From Cyanophora paradoxa CCMP329 (taxonomy: Eukaryota; Plantae; Glaucophyta): a stretch of 64,000 nucleotides of DNA. Location: positions 186,001 to 250,000 of the forward strand of contig QPMI01000129.1 of NCBI GenBank assembly GCA_004431415.1, read 5' to 3'. Position 1 is the first letter of the stretch. Each line of letters starts with the position of its first letter. Of this stretch, positions 61,238 through 64,000 are shown one piece after another. The notes below the pieces were generated by a model, which had not been told where the DNA came from, searched no databases, and was given only the letters and a program-made list of their open reading frames with translations. The translations under genes were made by a program, and so were the position numbers.

Positions 61238-64000
61238 TCAAAAGAACCCCTTCTTGCCGTTGGAGGGGGAGGGCGTGGCCTGCTTGGCGCCGGCGAGGGG
61301 CGAGGCCGTGGCGGCGCCGCCGCCGGCGGCCGCCGGGGCGGTGGAGGAGTGCGGGAGGCTGCTGCGCTTGCCGACAACGCTGTCCCAGCAGGCGGCGACG
61401 CGCGGCGTGCGCCCGTGGCACGCCTGCGAGGCCCCGATCGAGTCGCCGAGGGACCAGATCTGGCCCGTCAGCTCCGTGTTCTCCGCCGTCTTCGCCTGCA
61501 GCGCGCGCTCCCGCTCCCGGGCGACTCGCTCCACGTTCTCGATCTGGTGCGCCGACGCCGTCTTGACGCCTGCCGGGGCGGGTCAGAGGGGTCGGACGGG
61601 GGCGCGCGGGGGGCGTCGAGGGGGCGCGGGGGGCGGACGGTCGAGGTCGGCCTTCCAGTAGTCGCGCTCCTCCTCGGCGCGGCGGGCCTTGGAGAGGGCC
61701 TCCTCCAGGCTCTTCTCCGCCTTCTTCGCCCGCTCCAGCGCCGCCTTCTCCCGCTTCTCCCCCTCCTTCACCTGGGGGCAGGGTCGGACCGGATGAGGCC
61801 AGATCGCACGGGAGCCCGGCGCGGGCGCGGGCGGGCGCGCGCGGGCGCTCGCCTTCTCCTGGACGGCGTTGACGCGGTCGGAGGTCTGCCTGTCGGAGCC
61901 CGCGAGCTCGCCCTTGAGGCGCTCGACCTCGCGCTGCGCGGCCGCCAGCTCCGCGGCGCGCTCCTCCAGCAGCGCGTCGAGGACGCCGATGTGCCGGTCC
62001 TTGACCTTCACCTCCGCCGCCGCCTTCAGCGCCGCCTCCCGCAGGCCCGCCATCTCCTCCCCGGCGCTCGCCAGGCGCGCCTCGGTCGCCCGGTGCGCCG
62101 AGGCCGAGGCCGAGGCCGAGGCGCGGGCCTCGCGGAGCTGGCGCTCGGCCTCGGCGAGGTCCTTGGGGGGGGCCTGCGGGGGGGCCCCGGCGGCCCGCCA
62201 GTCGGCCTTGGGGGCGCCCCCGAGCTCGGCGAGCTTGCCCTCCAACGCCGCCACGTCGGCGTCGCGGCGGGCGAGGCGCTCGCGGGCGTCGGACTCGGCG
62301 TTGCGGAGCTGCAGGAGGGCCTCCTTCAGCATCTCCACCTCGTGGACGAGGGCGACGACGGCCGGGTCGCGCTTGTTCCGCAGCTCGGTGATCCGCGCCG
62401 CCGTCTCCTTGTCGCAGTCCAGCACGAACGGGTCCAGCTTCCGCTCGCTCTCCATCCGCTCCACGCTCCCCGGGGAGCCCTTGCCGGACCCGAGGCTGCT
62501 GACCCAGCCGAAGATGCCGCCCCCGGCCTTCTCGGCGCGGGCGGCCTGTGAGGTCTTGAAGGAGGTGGGCGTCGTCGGGCGCGCGGGGGGGGCCTCGGAG
62601 GAGAGCGAGCTGGGCGAGCCGCCCAGCGTTGGCTGCGCGCTCGAGCTCCGGTGCGCCGAGAAGGCGCTCTTCGCCGCCGAGTTCGGCGACGCCACACCCG
62701 CCCGCGGGCCCGCTGCACCCCCGCCCCCGCTCGCCTCGGCTCGCGCGGGGCGGGGCGGGCGGGGCGGGGCGCACAGGGGGAGAGGGTCCGCTCGCTCTGC
62801 GTCCCGGTGAAGTCCAGCTGCCTCCGCGCGTCCGGCGCGCTCACAGCCAGCGGCGGCAGCTGCCCCCGCGTCAGTCGCGCCCGCAGGGGGCGGGCGGGGA
62901 GGCGGGCGGACGTCGTTGATCGGGGGCGGCTGGGCGCCGGCGCGCGGGGAGGCGGTGGGGGTCGTGGGGCGGCTGCCGGAGCGGCCCTCGAGCTTGGGGG
63001 TGAGGGGCCGCATGACGGCCTCGGCGGCTGCCGCGAAGATGCGGATGACGGGGTTGCTCGACTTCTCCTCCCCCTCGGCCTCGCTCCCCGGCGTCGAGTC
63101 CGAGCGTCCGCGCTCCTCGCTGATCGTGTCCAGCCCCGCCGTCCCCGCGCTGCCCCCGCATAAGAAGAAGGAAGGAAGGAAGGAAGGAAGGAGAAGGGGC
63201 GGGGGCGCGAGTACTTGAGGTTGCGGACGACGGGGACGAGGCGGGAGGTGCGGGGGAGGAGGCGCCCCTCCTCGGGCACCAGGATGCCGTCCTGCAGGCA
63301 CATCGCCCGGAAGCGGTCGAAGGGCACCCGCAGGCAGTTCAGCATGTGGTAGCGCCACCGGCACAGCGCCATCGCGTCCTGCCCCCGCCCCTCAGCCCCC
63401 GCCCTAGCTCAGCCGAGCGAGGCACGAGCTACCTTGACCGTCGAGACCTCGATGAGGACGTGCACCGGGTCCTTGTTCCGCAGCGCCCACTGCCCCCCGC
63501 CCCGCCCGTGAGCCGCCGCCGGGGCGGGGCGGGGCGGGGCAGGGCGGGGCAGGGGCGGGGCAGGGGGCGGGGCGGGGCAGGGGGCTGGGCGGGGCGGCGC
63601 GCACGTCGTAGTTGGGGCCCCAGGAGTAGTCCCCGTTGAGGATGGGCCGCTTCTCGATGTCCGTCACTGCGCGCCGGCCGCGTCGGCCCGGGCCGCCGGC
63701 GGGCGAGGGCGGGGCGGGGCGCGGACCCTCGCCGAGGAAGAAGGAGACGTCCATGGTGCGGCGGAAGGGCGCGGCCTGGATCTGGATGTCCTGCCCCTGG
63801 TGCCTGCCCCGCAGCAGGCGTCACGCAGGGCGCCGGATGAGCAGCACCTCCCGGGCCCGCGCGCCGGCGCACCAGATGACGGAGTTGGGGCGGCGGATGA
63901 CGAACTTGAAGCGCATCGGGAAGTCCTCCTTCGACACGTGCACGAAGACCACGCCGTCCCCTGGCGCACGCCAGCCGTCGGGCCGCCGCCGGAGGAACGG
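61238..64000 (-). CDS. Hypothetical protein with C-terminal coiled coil, 5' partial
   Basis: Spliced exons GVVFVHVSKEDFPMRFKF..WRYHMLNCLRVPFDRF.., long heptad-rich region, ends GKKGFF*. Confidence 0.65.

Noticed and set aside
48479-64000. Many long Pro/Arg/Gly-rich ORFs on both strands
   Set aside because: Artefacts of high GC content and stop-free introns; real exons are short and switch frame.

Overview
GC-rich, intron-dense eukaryotic nuclear DNA. Introns are mostly 45-105 nt and many use GC-AG boundaries. Phe-containing plastid-type presequences and a TGD2/MlaD gene suggest a primary-plastid alga, glaucophyte-like (inference). Host genes assembled by hand across introns: RNase H1, YqgF, mitochondrial bL34, adenylate kinase, dual-specificity phosphatase, pyruvate decarboxylase, MlaD/TGD2, ATP-PFK, ACBP-2,4-dienoyl-CoA reductase, bestrophin-like, TMC-like, Moco-sulfurase-like, hybrid histidine kinase and inositol 5-phosphatase. 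Main finding: a 22-exon, ~1,600-aa Fanzor2/TnpB-type nuclease gene (28101-34823) with an intact D-E-D RuvC triad, fused in frame to two PHD-type fingers, two AP2-like domains and further zinc fingers, and followed by a structured ~170-nt candidate omegaRNA. It lies in an ~11.6-kb insertion that splits the host ACBP-reductase gene. The predicted guide matches the host gene, and the host copy at the left junction carries an in-frame deletion through the predicted target. A second, degenerate Fanzor (659-2369) shares three intron positions, and in both genes the same RuvC-III intron is expanded by an unrelated tandem array. A LINE fragment (19-bp TSD) and a hAT MITE (8-bp TSD) are nested in the insertion. 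All gene models are manual and unverified by transcript data.
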